Of a DNA stretch of 64,000 bases, positions 8,840 to 19,709 are shown piece by piece; position 1 is the stretch's first letter, and each line of letters begins with the position of its first letter. Below the pieces are notes generated by a model, which was given only the letters and a program-made list of their open reading frames with translations, did no database searches and was not told the origin of the DNA. Source of the DNA: Dehalococcoidia bacterium (GTDB lineage Bacteria > Chloroflexota > Dehalococcoidia > UBA2979). The position numbers and the translations under genes are program-made. The stretch spans positions 1,504,001-1,568,000 of the forward strand of contig OZ219871.1 in NCBI GenBank assembly GCA_964291495.2. The letters are read 5' to 3'.

Positions 8840-9406
8840 TCAGGCGCGCGCGCCCTCGCTGCGGTCGGGGACGCCGGCGAGCCAGCGCTCCGCCTCGCGA
8901 GGCGAGCGCAGCCGCACGAAGGCGAGGTGCGCGTTGGCGGGGTCCGCCATCGCCGCCTCGTACTGGCGGCGGCGGCGACGGAAGGTGCGCAGGAACCAGA
9001 GCAGGATCGAATCGCGGCTCGCGAAGGACTTGCGGAAGCTCTCGCGGTTGCCCTGCCACAGCTCCTCGCGCCTCGCGGCGCGCAGCACCGTGCGGCGGAG
9101 CAGCCTCCAGCCGCTGACGAGGAAGGGGTAGTCGAGCCAGACGACGGTCTGTGCGCGCTTCCACGCCGAATCCCGCATGACCGCCGAGTAGTTGCCATCG
9201 ACGATCCACGAGTCACCCTCGGTGGCCGCCGCCGTGCGCTCGGCGAAGACCGCGTCGGGCACCTCCACCCAGTTCTCGGCGAAGCGGAGCGCGTCGAGCT
9301 CGACGTGCGGCACGCCGAGCCGGGCGGCGAGCTCCCTCGCGAGCACCGTCTTGCCCGACCCACTGCTCCCGACGACGACGATGCGCTCCCCGATGGCGGT
9401 GTTCAT
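8840..9406 (-). CDS. Adenylate kinase-like P-loop NTPase (topology modulation protein family)
   Basis: RIVVVGSSGSGKT, ELDAL, WIVDGNY, VWLD, GNRES. Confidence 0.85.
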   Translation of the reverse strand: MNTAIGERIVVVGSSGSGKTVLARELAARLGVPHVELDALRFAENWVEVPDAVFAERTAAATEGDSWIVDGNYSAVMRDSAWKRAQTVVWLDYPFLVSGWRLLRRTVLRAARREELWQGNRESFRKSFASRDSILLWFLRTFRRRRRQYEAAMADPANAHLAFVRLRSPREAERWLAGVPDRSEGARA

Positions 9407-9494
9407 CCCGCGCGGACCCCTCCGCGGCGCCTCGGCGAACGATTCGCCTTCCGCGACCGACCCTGCGCCGCCGCACCCCCGTCGCGGGAGCGAC

Positions 9495-10241
9495 CTACAT
9501 GTACTGGCCGCCGTTGGGGCTGAGCTGGGCGCCGGTGAACCAGCCGCCCTCGGTGCAGAGGAAGCGCACCACGGCCGCGATCTCCTCGGGCTCGCCGAAG
9601 CGGCCGAGGGGAATCTGGGCCTTGATGTTGTCCTGGATGTTCTCCGGCAGCGAGGTCACCATTTCGGTCGAGACGAAGCCGGGGCAGACGGCGTTCACGG
9701 TGATGTTGTTGCGCGCCAACTCGCGGGCGGCCGTCTTCGTGAAGCCGATCATGCCCGCCTTCGTCGCGCCGTAGTTCGCCTGCCCGATGTTGCCCATCTG
9801 CCCGATCACCGAGGAGATGTTGATGATCCGGCCGTAGTTCGCCTCGCGCATGTGCGGCACCGCCGCGCTCGTGCAGTAGAACATCCCGGAGAGGTTCGTC
9901 GAGATCACCTCGTCCCACTCCTCGACGGAGAGGCGCGAGAGCGTGCGGTCGCGGTTGATGCCCGCGTTGTTGACGAGGATGTCGACCTTGCCGAGCTCCT
10001 CGACGGCCGTCTCGATCAGATCGGAGGCCGACTCGGCGTCGGAGACGTCGGCCTTGACGAGGACGACCGTGCCGCCGAGCTCGTGGATCGCGTCGCGCGT
10101 CTCCTCGGCCGCATCGACGTTCGATACGTAGTTGACGACGATCTGTGCGCCGTGCCGCGCCAGTTCGAGGGCGCACGCGCGCCCGATACCGCGGCTCGCG
10201 CCCGTCACCACCGCCACCTGTCCGTCGAGTGCACCCGCCAC
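9495..10241 (-). CDS. Beta-ketoacyl reductase SDR (acetoacetyl-CoA reductase PhaB / FabG-like)
   Basis: TGASRGIG, NNAGINRD, ISSVIGQMGNIGQANYGATKAG, C-terminal NGGQYM; GTG start after GGGAGG. Confidence 0.85.
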   Translation of the reverse strand: MAGALDGQVAVVTGASRGIGRACALELARHGAQIVVNYVSNVDAAEETRDAIHELGGTVVLVKADVSDAESASDLIETAVEELGKVDILVNNAGINRDRTLSRLSVEEWDEVISTNLSGMFYCTSAAVPHMREANYGRIINISSVIGQMGNIGQANYGATKAGMIGFTKTAARELARNNITVNAVCPGFVSTEMVTSLPENIQDNIKAQIPLGRFGEPEEIAAVVRFLCTEGGWFTGAQLSPNGGQYM

Positions 10242-10348
10242 GTCACACCTCCCGTTGCCGAGCGCGGCGATCCGCCGCAGCGTGCGGCACGGACTCGCCA
10301 ACAGGCGTGTTGTAACGCAGGAACGGCTTGCGGACGACCGCTACGAGG

Positions 10349-12025
10349 TCAGACGACGGTCGGCGGGACGTACTCGCCCCACTCCTCGCGCAGCACGCCG
10401 CACATCTCGCCGAGGGTTGCGTAGCTGCGCACGGCGTCGAGCACGGGCTCCATCAGGCTCGCGTCGCCGCGCGCCGACTCGCGCAGCCCGGCCAGCGAGG
10501 AGCCGACGGCGGCCTCGTCGCGAGCGCCGCGGACCTGCGCGAGCCGCTTCAACTGCGCGTCGATCACCGTCGTGTTGGGGCGGAAGATCGGCGTCGCGTC
10601 CTCGTCCTCGTCGACGTACTGGTTGACGCCGACGACGATGCGATCACCGCTCTCCACCTCGCGCTGGTAGGCGACCGAGGCCTCCTGGATCTCCGACTGC
10701 ATGTAGCCGCCCTCGATCGCCGAGACCGCGCCGCCGATGTCCTCGACGCGGTCGAGGATGGACTGCGCCTGGGCTTCCAGCTCGCCGGTCAGCCACTCGA
10801 CGTAGTAGGAGCCGGCGAGCGGGTCGACGGTGTCGGCCGCGCCGGTCTCCTCGGCGATGATCTGCTGCGAGCGCAGCGCGAGCTGCTGCGCCTCCTCGGT
10901 GGGCAGCGCCAGCGCCTCGTCGTAGCAGGAGAGCGCGAGCGACTGCACGCCGCCGAGCACGGCGGCGAGCGCCTGCACGGCGGAGCGGGTGAGGTTGTTG
11001 AGCGGCTGCTGCGCGGTCAGCGTGGAGCCGCCGGTCTGCGTGTGGGTGCGCAGCGTCATCGCGTTCGGGTTGGTCGCGCCGTAGCGCTCCTTCATCGCGC
11101 GGGCCCACATCCGGCGCAGCGCGCGGAACTTCGCGACCTCCTCGAAGAAGTAGTTGTGCGTGTTGAAGATCCAGGAGATGCGCGGCGCCACCTCGTCCAC
11201 CGTCGCGCCCTGCGCGATGCTGCGGTCGAGGTAGGCGAAGGCGTTGGCGAAGGAGAAGGCGATCTCCTGCGCGGCCGTCGAGCCGGCCTCGCGGATGTGG
11301 TAGCCGGAGACGGAGATCGAGTTGAAGCGCGGCGCCTCGCGCGCGCAGTAGTTGATCAGGTCCGCCGCGAAGCGCACCGAGGGGCCCGGCGGGAAGATGT
11401 AGGTGCCGCGCGCGACGTACTCCTTGAGCACGTCGTTCTGCGCGGTGCCGGTGATCACGCTCGGCTCGTGGCCCTGCTTCTCCGCCGCCACGATGTACAT
11501 CGCGACGATGATCGGCGCGGGCGCGTTGATCGTCATCGAGGTCGAGATGCCGTCCAGCGGGATGCCCTCGAACAGCGTCTCCATGTCCGCCAGCGAGTCG
11601 ACCGCGACGCCGACCTGGCCGACCTCGCCCGCGGCCATCGCGTGGTCCGAGTCGTAGCCGGTCTGGGTCGGCAGGTCGAAGGCGACGGAGAGGCCGGTCT
11701 GGCCGTTGGCGAGCAGCTCACGGAAGCGCTCGTTCGTCTCCTCGGGCGTGCCGAAGCCGGCGTACTGGCGCATCGTCCAGAGCCGCCCGCGGTACATCGT
11801 GGGCTGCACGCCGCGCGTGAACGGGTACTCGCCGGGGAAGCCGATGTCGCCGAGGTAGTCGACGTCGCCGACGTCGTTCGGCGTGTAGAAGCGGCGGGCG
11901 TCGGCGGAGGAGGTGCGGAACTCCTCGCGGCGCTCGGGGAAGCGCTTGAGGACCTTGGCCAGCGCGCCCTGCTCCCAGGTGTCCTGCGCCTCGGCGATGG
12001 CGGTCTGCTGCTGGGGCTTCATCAT
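10349..12025 (-). CDS. B12-dependent acyl-CoA mutase large (substrate-binding) subunit, methylmalonyl-CoA mutase family, no fused B12 domain
   Basis: [63 protein letters not shown]. Confidence 0.93.
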   Translation of the reverse strand: MMKPQQQTAIAEAQDTWEQGALAKVLKRFPERREEFRTSSADARRFYTPNDVGDVDYLGDIGFPGEYPFTRGVQPTMYRGRLWTMRQYAGFGTPEETNERFRELLANGQTGLSVAFDLPTQTGYDSDHAMAAGEVGQVGVAVDSLADMETLFEGIPLDGISTSMTINAPAPIIVAMYIVAAEKQGHEPSVITGTAQNDVLKEYVARGTYIFPPGPSVRFAADLINYCAREAPRFNSISVSGYHIREAGSTAAQEIAFSFANAFAYLDRSIAQGATVDEVAPRISWIFNTHNYFFEEVAKFRALRRMWARAMKERYGATNPNAMTLRTHTQTGGSTLTAQQPLNNLTRSAVQALAAVLGGVQSLALSCYDEALALPTEEAQQLALRSQQIIAEETGAADTVDPLAGSYYVEWLTGELEAQAQSILDRVEDIGGAVSAIEGGYMQSEIQEASVAYQREVESGDRIVVGVNQYVDEDEDATPIFRPNTTVIDAQLKRLAQVRGARDEAAVGSSLAGLRESARGDASLMEPVLDAVRSYATLGEMCGVLREEWGEYVPPTVV

Positions 12026-12062
12026 CGGCCTGCTCCGTTACTGTCTCTCGCCGCGCGGCGGG

Positions 12063-12485
12063 TCAGGCGAGCGCCTCGACCAGCACGAGGGCGTCGCCGC
12101 GGATGACCTCGACGCCGTCCTGGTTGGTCACCGTCGTGTTCAGCACGACCGAGCTGCGGTCCGTGTCCACCGAGGTCGCCTCGACGGTCGCGGTCAGCGT
12201 GTCGCCGGGCTTCACCGGGGCGCGGAAGCTCAGGTTCTGCCGCAGGTAGATCACGACGCTGTCCGGCGCGAGCCTGGTCCCGAGCGCGGCCGAGATCACG
12301 CCTGCCGCGAGGATACCGTGTGCGATCGGCTCCTTGAAGCGGGTGCGCGCCGCGTAGTCCGGGTCGCTGTGCAGCGGATTGGTGTCGCCCGACACCTCCG
12401 TGAACTTCGCGATGTCCTCCGCGGTGATCGTCTTTTCGTAGCTCGCGGTCGTACCCTCGACGATGCCCTGGACGCCGTCGGCCAT
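12063..12485 (-). CDS. MaoC family (R)-specific enoyl-CoA hydratase (PhaJ/CroR-like)
   Basis: FTEVSGDTNPLHSD..YAARTRF..PIAHG, QNLSFRAPV. Confidence 0.9.
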   Translation of the reverse strand: MADGVQGIVEGTTASYEKTITAEDIAKFTEVSGDTNPLHSDPDYAARTRFKEPIAHGILAAGVISAALGTRLAPDSVVIYLRQNLSFRAPVKPGDTLTATVEATSVDTDRSSVVLNTTVTNQDGVEVIRGDALVLVEALA

Positions 12486-12614
12486 CTCGCCCCCTCGCTC
12501 GCGCGCCGTCGCGCGACGCCTCGATCCTGCGCGGCGGCATCGTACGAGGGCGGCTCCGGGCGCGTCCAACGCGGCGCCGCCGGAGCGCGGCGATGGTTGG
12601 TGCATACTCGACCA

Positions 12615-13151
12615 ATGGACGAACGGCCGGAACTCCGCACGGAGCGGCTCCTGCTCCGCCCCTTCCGCTCCATCGATGTCGACGACGTGCTCGGCTACGC
12701 CACCGATGCGGAGTGGGGCCGCTACCTTCCGGTGCCGGAGCCCTACACCCGCAGCAGCGCCGAGCGGTTCGTGGCCGGCGCCATTCTCACCGATCCCGAG
12801 ACGCGCCCGATCTGGGCGATCGTCCACGAGGGTCGTGTCTCGGGCGGCATCAACCTGACCGTTCGCAGCCCGGGCCGTGCTGAGCTGGGATACAGCATCG
12901 CCCGCCCGCTCTGGGGCCGGGGCCTGACGACCGAGGCAGCCGCAGCCGTCATCAGCCACGGCTTCGAGTCGCTGGAGCTCGTGCGCGTCTTCGCGATGGC
13001 GGACGTTCGCAACACGGCCTCCTGGCGGGTCATGGAAAAGCTGGGAATGCAGCGCGAGGGAGTGCTCCGGCGCCACGCCGAGCTCCGCGGCGAGCACGTC
13101 GACCACGTGCTCTACGCCGTCCTCGCGGACGAGTGGTCGCCGCCCTCGTAG
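12615..13151 (+). CDS. GNAT N-acetyltransferase, RimJ/RimL family
   Basis: LRTERLLLRPF, ELGYSI..WGRGLTTEA, NTASWRVMEKLGM. Confidence 0.92.
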   Translation: MDERPELRTERLLLRPFRSIDVDDVLGYATDAEWGRYLPVPEPYTRSSAERFVAGAILTDPETRPIWAIVHEGRVSGGINLTVRSPGRAELGYSIARPLWGRGLTTEAAAAVISHGFESLELVRVFAMADVRNTASWRVMEKLGMQREGVLRRHAELRGEHVDHVLYAVLADEWSPPS

Positions 13152-13242
13152 CCTCCCTGTGCCGGTGGCGGGCGAGCGGTCGTGCCCGAGTTGTGGCCGG
13201 TCCAACGCCAATCTCGCGCGAGACTTCGGAGAATTGCGTGAG

Positions 13243-13296
13243 TTATTGACCAAAAATGTGAAAGAATGTTGACGCTGGCCGCAGGTCGGCGATAAT
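13243..13296 (+). promoter_or_regulatory. Putative sigma70 promoter of the suf operon with AT-rich upstream tract
   Basis: TTGACG (13269-13274), 16 nt, GATAAT (13291-13296); AT-rich tract upstream in a GC-rich genome. Confidence 0.55.
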
Positions 13297-13419
13297 GGAT
13301 CTACGGAGCGCACCCGCTTGCGGCGAGCAGGAACGAGTGCTCCACGCAACCGCGACGCAACTGCAGAGGGGCCGTGAGCAGCCGGCGAGGGTGCTCACGG
13401 GGGCAGGAAGGCGCAGCGA

Positions 13420-14100
13420 GTGGTCCAACGTGTCGTGCAGCGAGCGCGTGACGAACTGGCGCGCATCCTCTACGAGCGCGGCGACTGCAGTGTCGCCGAG
13501 CTGGCGCTCGAGCTGGGCGTCTCGCAGGGCTCGATCCGCCGCCACCTCGACATCATGGTCGGCGAGGGCCTGCTCGAGACCACGCTCGTGCGCCAGCCGC
13601 GCGGGCGCCCCGTCACCCGCTACTCGCTCAGCGAGGCGGGCGAGGAGCGCTCCGGCGCGGACCACTACACGAGCCTGATCGGGCGGCTGCTGCCCGCCCT
13701 CGCCAGCCTCAACGAGGACGAGGTCTCCGGACGGGACGGCGAGGCGATCCTGGAGCAGGTCTACAGCCGTGTCGCCGAGGACATCGCGCGCGAGCGCGGC
13801 GGCGCCGTGCGCAGCACGGAGCTGGGAACGCGCCTGGAGGAGGTCGTCGCCGCGCTCAGCGACGAGGGCATCCTCACCGAGGTGCGCGACGAGGGCGAGG
13901 TCTACCGGCTGAGCAACGTCGGCTGCCCCTGCCCCTCGACCGCGAGCGAGACGAACGCGGCCTGCGAGGCGGACCGCTACAGCATCGAACTGCTCGTCGG
14001 CCGGCCCGTCGAGCAGGTGGCGACGATCGCGGGCGGCGGCGCCTGCTGCGAATACCAGGTGCGCAAACCGGCCGAGCCGGCAGGCGCCGTAGTGCATTGA
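13420..14100 (+). CDS. sufR: SufR-like transcriptional regulator
   Basis: N-terminal HTH (VAELALELGVSQGSIRRHL), RGRP, C-terminal Cys (GCPC, AC, GGACC); first gene of the suf operon. Confidence 0.8.
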   Translation: MVQRVVQRARDELARILYERGDCSVAELALELGVSQGSIRRHLDIMVGEGLLETTLVRQPRGRPVTRYSLSEAGEERSGADHYTSLIGRLLPALASLNEDEVSGRDGEAILEQVYSRVAEDIARERGGAVRSTELGTRLEEVVAALSDEGILTEVRDEGEVYRLSNVGCPCPSTASETNAACEADRYSIELLVGRPVEQVATIAGGGACCEYQVRKPAEPAGAVVH

Positions 14101-14111
14101 GTGGAGCCCCA

Positions 14112-14906
14112 GTGAGCGAAACTGCGAGCGAACCGATCCTCGAGGTGCGCGATCTGCACGTCAGCATCGCCGATGAGCCCGACGTGCAGATCGTCAAGGG
14201 CGTCGACCTGACCGTGCACGCCGGCGAGGTGCATGCGCTGATGGGCCCCAACGGCTCCGGCAAGAGCACGCTCGCCAACGCGATCGCCGGCAGTCCCGCC
14301 TACGTGATCGACTCCGGCGAGGTGCGCTACCGCGGCGAGGACGTCACCACGCTGACGCCGGACGCGCGCGGCCGCCTCGGCATGTTCCTCTCGTTCCAGT
14401 ACCCGACGCCGATTCCCGGGGTGACGATGGTCAACCTGCTGCGCATGGCGATTAAGTCGCGGCGCGGCGAGGAGCCCTCGGCGCGGGAATTCCTGGCCGA
14501 GTTGCGCGAGACGCTGCAGACGCTGCGCATGGACGAGGACTTCGCCCGCCGCTACGTCAACGACGGCTTCTCCGGCGGCGAGAAGAAGCGCGCCGAGATC
14601 CTGCAGCTCGGGATGCTCAAGCCGGAGCTCGCGATCCTCGACGAGACGGATTCCGGCCTCGACGTGGACGCGCTGCGCACCGTCGCCGAGGGCGTGAACG
14701 CGCTGCACCACCCGGGGATGGGCATCCTGCTGATCACGCACTACCAGCGAATCCTCAACTACATCACGCCGGACCGCGTGCACGTGCTGTTCGACGGGCG
14801 CATCGTGCGCTCCGGCGGACCGCAGCTGGCGCACGAGATCGAGTCCGGCGGCTACGACCCGATTCTTCAGGAGCTCGGCATCGCCGTCGCGGCGGCTGCC
14901 TCCTGA
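14112..14906 (+). CDS. sufC: Fe-S cluster assembly ATPase SufC
   Basis: [40 protein letters not shown]. Confidence 0.97.
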   Translation: MSETASEPILEVRDLHVSIADEPDVQIVKGVDLTVHAGEVHALMGPNGSGKSTLANAIAGSPAYVIDSGEVRYRGEDVTTLTPDARGRLGMFLSFQYPTPIPGVTMVNLLRMAIKSRRGEEPSAREFLAELRETLQTLRMDEDFARRYVNDGFSGGEKKRAEILQLGMLKPELAILDETDSGLDVDALRTVAEGVNALHHPGMGILLITHYQRILNYITPDRVHVLFDGRIVRSGGPQLAHEIESGGYDPILQELGIAVAAAAS

Positions 14907-14958
14907 GCATCGGCAGGGGCAACAACAGCGAACCAGGCTCACGCGAGGGAGCAAATCC

Positions 14959-16377
14959 ATGGCCACCGTGAATCCGGCAGCGCGCGATGCCGTCGGCGAG
15001 TACCAGTGGGGCTTCCACGACGACGAAGCGCCGCTCTTCCGCGCCGACAAGGGCCTCGACGAGGAGGTCGTGCGCCAGATCTCGGAGCTGAAGGACGAGC
15101 CCGAGTGGATGCGCGAGTTCCGCCTCGACTCGCTGCGCACCTTCTTCGAGAAGGATGACCCGAGTTGGGCCGGCAGCCCCGAGCTCCTCGAGGCGATCGA
15201 CTTCGACGACATCACCTACTACGTGCGCGCGACCGACACGGACGCCAGCAACTGGGACGACGTGCCGGAGTACATCAAGGACACCTTCGACAAGCTCGGC
15301 ATCCCCGAGGCGGAGCGCCAGTTCCTCGCCGGGGCGGGCGCGCAGTACGACTCCGAGGTCGTCTACCACAACATCCGCGAGGACCTCGCGGAGCAGGGCG
15401 TCGTCTTCCTCGGCATGGACCAGGGTCTCGAGGAGTACGAGGAGCTGGTGCGCGAGTACTTCGGGACTGTTGTGCCGCCCGGGGACAACCGCTACGCGGC
15501 GCTGAACAGCGCGGTCTGGTCCGGCGGCTCGTTCATCTACGTGCCGCCGGGCGTCAGCGTGGACATCCCGCTGCAGGCCTACTTCCGCATCAACACGGAG
15601 AACATGGGCCAGTTCGAGCGCACGCTGATCATCGCCGACGAGGGCAGCTACGTACACTACGTCGAGGGCTGCACCGCGCCGATCTACAGCTCCGACTCGC
15701 TGCACTCGGCGGTTGTCGAGATCATCGTCAAGAAGGACGCGCGGGTGCGCTACACGACCATCCAGAACTGGTCGAACAACGTCTACAACCTCGTGACGAA
15801 GCGGGCCGCCGCCTACGAGAACGCCGTCATGGAGTGGGTCGACGGCAACATCGGCTCGAAGCTGACGATGAAGTACCCGTCCGTCTACCTGATGGAGCCG
15901 GGCGCGCACGGCGAGATCCTCTCGCTCGCGTTCGCCGGCGACGGCCAGCACCAGGACGCCGGCGGCAAGGTGGTGCACGTCGCGCCGAAGACCTCCTCGG
16001 CGATCGTCTCCAAGTCCGTCTCGCGCGGCAGCGGGCGCACCTCCTACCGCGGCCTGCTCAAGGTCCACGAGGGCGCCGGAGACTCCAGCTCGACCGTGCG
16101 CTGCGACGCGCTGCTGCTCGACGAGCACTCGCGCTCCGACACCTACCCGACGATGGAGGTCGACGAGGAGCAGGTGACGATCGGCCACGAGGCCTCCGTC
16201 TCCAAGCTCGGCGACGACCAGCTCTTCTACCTGATGTCGCGAGGCATCACGGAGGAGGAGGCCTCGAAGATGGTGGTCAACGGCTTCGTCGAGCCGATCG
16301 TCAAGGAGCTCCCGATGGAGTACGCGATCGAGCTGAACCGGCTGATCGAGCTGCAGATGGAAGGCTCCGTCGGCTAG
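14959..16377 (+). CDS. sufB: Fe-S cluster assembly protein SufB
   Basis: [46 protein letters not shown] end. Confidence 0.98.
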   Translation: MATVNPAARDAVGEYQWGFHDDEAPLFRADKGLDEEVVRQISELKDEPEWMREFRLDSLRTFFEKDDPSWAGSPELLEAIDFDDITYYVRATDTDASNWDDVPEYIKDTFDKLGIPEAERQFLAGAGAQYDSEVVYHNIREDLAEQGVVFLGMDQGLEEYEELVREYFGTVVPPGDNRYAALNSAVWSGGSFIYVPPGVSVDIPLQAYFRINTENMGQFERTLIIADEGSYVHYVEGCTAPIYSSDSLHSAVVEIIVKKDARVRYTTIQNWSNNVYNLVTKRAAAYENAVMEWVDGNIGSKLTMKYPSVYLMEPGAHGEILSLAFAGDGQHQDAGGKVVHVAPKTSSAIVSKSVSRGSGRTSYRGLLKVHEGAGDSSSTVRCDALLLDEHSRSDTYPTMEVDEEQVTIGHEASVSKLGDDQLFYLMSRGITEEEASKMVVNGFVEPIVKELPMEYAIELNRLIELQMEGSVG

Positions 16378-16405
16378 CGGTCCCCGCGAGCGGCGAAGGA
16401 TCACG

Positions 16406-17650
16406 ATGAGCGAAACCCTGACCTCGGTCGCCCCTGTCCACGCGGAGCAGGCCGTGCTCGCCGCCGCCGTGCAGCGCGGCGAGCCGGACTGGCTGCTGGA
16501 ACGCCGCGCCGAGGCCGCGCGCGCCTTCGCCGCGCTGCCGCTGCCCACGCCGACGCTGCGCCCCTGGCGCTACACGGACGTGACGCGACTCGACCTCGCG
16601 GCCTTCGCCCCGGCGGATACGCCGGTCACGATCGAGGGCGGCGCCGACGGTGATGCCCCGGATGGCGGCGCCTACGCGGGCACGCTCGCCGGCGCCCTCG
16701 AGGACCGCCGCGCGCTGGTCGCCGATCGCCTCGGCGCGCTCGTGCCGGCGACCGAGGGCAAGTTCATCGCCGCCAACGCCGCGCTCTGGAGCGGCGGCGC
16801 CCTCGTACACGCGCCCGCCGGCCACGCGTTCGGGGAGCCCGTCGTCGTCACGGTCGACGCGAGCGACCTCGCGGATGCGGCGGTGTATCCGCGGCTGCTG
16901 ATCGAGGCCGGTGAGCAGTCCGAGGTCACGGTCGTGCTGCGCACCCGCTCCGGCGACGCTCCGCTGCTCGCCGCGGGCGTGATCGAGATCGCCGTCGCGC
17001 AGGCCGCCCACGTGCGTCTGCTGATCGACGACCGCTGGGGCGCGGCGACGCAGGACTTCACGACGATCCGCGCGCGCCTCGGGCGCGATGCCGACCTGCA
17101 GGTCGCCTCGCTGGCCATTGGCGGCGCGATCCTCAAGCAGACCGTCGAGGTCGTGCTCGAGGGCGAGGGCGCGAACTCCTCGATCCGCGCGGTCGCCCTC
17201 GGCGACGGAGACCAGCACTTCGACTTCGTGACGCTGCAGGACCACGTCGGGCCGCGCACGATCTCGGATGTCGAGGTGAAGGCCGCGCTGGCGGGAGCCT
17301 CGCGTTCGATCTACTACGGCATCACCCGCGTCGAGGAGGGCGCGGCCGGGTCCGAGGCGAACCAGCAGAACCGCAACCTGCTGCTCTCCGGCAATGCCAA
17401 GGCGGACTCCGACCCGGTGCTCGAGATCCTCACCGCCGACGTGATCCGCTGCGGCCACGCGGCGACCGTCGGGCCGGTCGACCAGGACGCGCTGTTCTAC
17501 CTGCAGAGCCGCGGCCTCGACCGCCGCACGGCGCTGCAGCTGCTGGTCAGCGGCTTCTTCCAGTCCGTGGCCCGCGACCTCGCCGTCGAGGGCATGGCCG
17601 ACGACCTCGAGCGCACGGTCTTCGCCAGGCTGGCGCGGGCGGTGCTCTGA
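16406..17650 (+). CDS. sufD: Fe-S cluster assembly protein SufD
   Basis: WRYTD, NRNLLLS, PVLEI, CGHAATVG, LFYLQSRG. Confidence 0.95.
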   Translation: MSETLTSVAPVHAEQAVLAAAVQRGEPDWLLERRAEAARAFAALPLPTPTLRPWRYTDVTRLDLAAFAPADTPVTIEGGADGDAPDGGAYAGTLAGALEDRRALVADRLGALVPATEGKFIAANAALWSGGALVHAPAGHAFGEPVVVTVDASDLADAAVYPRLLIEAGEQSEVTVVLRTRSGDAPLLAAGVIEIAVAQAAHVRLLIDDRWGAATQDFTTIRARLGRDADLQVASLAIGGAILKQTVEVVLEGEGANSSIRAVALGDGDQHFDFVTLQDHVGPRTISDVEVKAALAGASRSIYYGITRVEEGAAGSEANQQNRNLLLSGNAKADSDPVLEILTADVIRCGHAATVGPVDQDALFYLQSRGLDRRTALQLLVSGFFQSVARDLAVEGMADDLERTVFARLARAVL

Positions 17651-17660
17651 TGGCGCTCGC

Positions 17661-17981
17661 GTGAGCCCCGAACGCGTCGCCGCCGTCGCCGACATCCCCG
17701 AGGGCGAGGTCCGCGTCGTCGAGTGCGGCGGGCGCTCGCTGGCCCTCAGCAACATCGACGGCGAGCTGTTCGCGATCGACAACGTCTGCACGCACGACGG
17801 CGGCCCGCTCGGGGAGGGGCGGCTGCGTCAGGGGCGCGTGATCTGCCCGCGCCACGGCGCCGCCTTCGACGCCCGCACGGGCCGCGCGCTCACGCTCCCC
17901 GCCGTCCGCGGCGTTAGCGCCTACGACGTCAGCGTCGAGGACGGCGCCGCCTGGGTCGAGTGCGAGGAGGCGTCCGCGTGA
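17661..17981 (+). CDS. Rieske-type [2Fe-2S] ferredoxin
   Basis: CTH...CPRHG..FD..TG Rieske motif. Confidence 0.95.
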   Translation: MSPERVAAVADIPEGEVRVVECGGRSLALSNIDGELFAIDNVCTHDGGPLGEGRLRQGRVICPRHGAAFDARTGRALTLPAVRGVSAYDVSVEDGAAWVECEEASA

Positions 17982-19228
17982 ATTCCGACGGCGTCTTCGA
18001 CCTCGACCGCATCCGGCGCGACTTCCCGGTGCTGAAGCGCGAGGTCAACGGCCGCCCGCTGGTCTACCTCGACAACGCCGCGACCTCGCACCGGCCGGTC
18101 CAAGTGATGGCCGAGATCACGCGCTTCTACCGCGACATCAACTCCAACATCCACCGCGGCGTGCACACGCTGTCCGTCGAGGCGACCGAGCGCTTCGAGG
18201 CCGTGCGCGAGCGGATGCGCGCCTTCATCGGCGCGCCCGACACGTCCGAGATCATCTTCACCCGCAACACCACCGAGTCCATCAACCTCGTCGCGCACTC
18301 CTGGGGTCGCACCTTCCTCGAGGCGGGCGACGAGGTGCTGATCAGCGAGATCGAGCACCACTCCAACATCGTGCCCTGGCAGATGCTGCGCGACGAGCGC
18401 GGCATCGCGCTGCGCCACATCCCGATGCTCCCCGACGGCACGCTGGACCTCGCTGAGGCGCGGCGGCTGATCGGGCCGCGCACGAGGCTGCTCGCGATCA
18501 CGCTGATGTCGAACGCCCTCGGCACGATTGTCCCCGTCGCCGAGCTGGCGGAGCTGGCGCGGGCGCAGGGCGCGCGCGTGCTCGTCGATGCGGCGCAGGC
18601 CGCGCCGCACCTGCCGATCGACGTCGGCGATCTGAGCGCGGACTTCCTCGCCTGCTCCGCGCACAAGATGCTCGGCCCCACCGGCGTCGGCGTGCTCTGG
18701 GGCCGCCGCGAGCTGCTGGAGGAGATGCCGCCCTTCCTCGGCGGCGGCGACATGATCGCCAGTGTCAGCCTCGAGCAATCGACCTGGAACGAGCTGCCCC
18801 ACAAGTTCGAGGCGGGCACCCCCAACATCGCCGGCGTGGTCGGCTTCGGTGCGGCGCTCGACTACCTCGAGGCGGTCGGCATGGACGCGATCCGCAGCCA
18901 CGAGGTCGATCTCACGGCGTACGCGCTCGACCGGCTGATCGACGTGCCCGGCGTGACGCTCTACGGGCCGCTCGATCCCGAGCTGCGTGGCGGCGTCGTC
19001 TCGTTCGGCCTCGAGGGCGTACATCCGCACGACATCGGGCAGGTGCTGGACGGTGAGGGTGTAGCGATCCGCGCCGGGCACCACTGCGCGCAGCCCGTGA
19101 TGCGGCGGCTCGACGTGGCCGCCACGGCGCGCGCCTCGTTCTACCTGTACAACACCCGCGAGGAAGTGGACGTGCTGGAGGCTGCCGTGCGCGAGACGGC
19201 CGATTTCTTCGGAGGCTTTGGTGGTTAA
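17978..19228 (+). CDS. sufS: Cysteine desulfurase SufS
   Basis: YLDNAATS, EHHSNIVPW, SAHKM (PLP Lys), RAGHHCAQP. Confidence 0.97.
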   Translation: MNSDGVFDLDRIRRDFPVLKREVNGRPLVYLDNAATSHRPVQVMAEITRFYRDINSNIHRGVHTLSVEATERFEAVRERMRAFIGAPDTSEIIFTRNTTESINLVAHSWGRTFLEAGDEVLISEIEHHSNIVPWQMLRDERGIALRHIPMLPDGTLDLAEARRLIGPRTRLLAITLMSNALGTIVPVAELAELARAQGARVLVDAAQAAPHLPIDVGDLSADFLACSAHKMLGPTGVGVLWGRRELLEEMPPFLGGGDMIASVSLEQSTWNELPHKFEAGTPNIAGVVGFGAALDYLEAVGMDAIRSHEVDLTAYALDRLIDVPGVTLYGPLDPELRGGVVSFGLEGVHPHDIGQVLDGEGVAIRAGHHCAQPVMRRLDVAATARASFYLYNTREEVDVLEAAVRETADFFGGFGG

Positions 19229-19709
19229 CCTCGACGATCTCTACCGCGAGATCCTGCTCGACCACTACCGCAACCCGCGGAACCGCGGCCCGCTCGACGT
19301 GGCCAACGCCGCCGCCGACGGCTCCAACCCGCTCTGCGGCGACGAGATCACGCTGGAGCTGCAGCTCGACGACGACGGCCGCATCGCCGACGCGGCGTTC
19401 AGCGGCCAGGGCTGCTCGATCTCGCAGGCCTCGAGCTCGCTGATGACCGAGCACATCAAGGGCCGGAGCAGCGACGAGGCGACATCCGCGATCGACGCGT
19501 TCCAGGCGATGATGGTCGAGGGCGAGGAGGCTCCTGAGGAGCTCGGCGACATCGGGGCGCTGGCCGGAGTGCGGAAGTTCCCGATGCGCGTGAAGTGCGC
19601 CTCGCTCGCCTGGAAGACGCTGGAGCTCGCGCTCGCGCAGCATGGCCGCGACGGCGACGCGCCCCGCGCCACCGTGACGACCGACGAGAGGAGCACGTCC
19701 AATGGCTGA
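19221..19709 (+). CDS. sufU: SufU (NifU-family) Fe-S assembly protein
   Basis: LYREILLDHY, NPLCGD, GCSISQAS, RVKCA. Confidence 0.95.
   Translation: MVNLDDLYREILLDHYRNPRNRGPLDVANAAADGSNPLCGDEITLELQLDDDGRIADAAFSGQGCSISQASSSLMTEHIKGRSSDEATSAIDAFQAMMVEGEEAPEELGDIGALAGVRKFPMRVKCASLAWKTLELALAQHGRDGDAPRATVTTDERSTSNG

Noticed and set aside
10349-12025. Calling the mutase an isobutyryl- or 2-hydroxyisobutyryl-CoA mutase because of PhaB/PhaJ neighbours
   Set aside because: It keeps Tyr (RQYAG) and Arg (VARGT) rather than the Phe/Ile and Gln typical of those subfamilies
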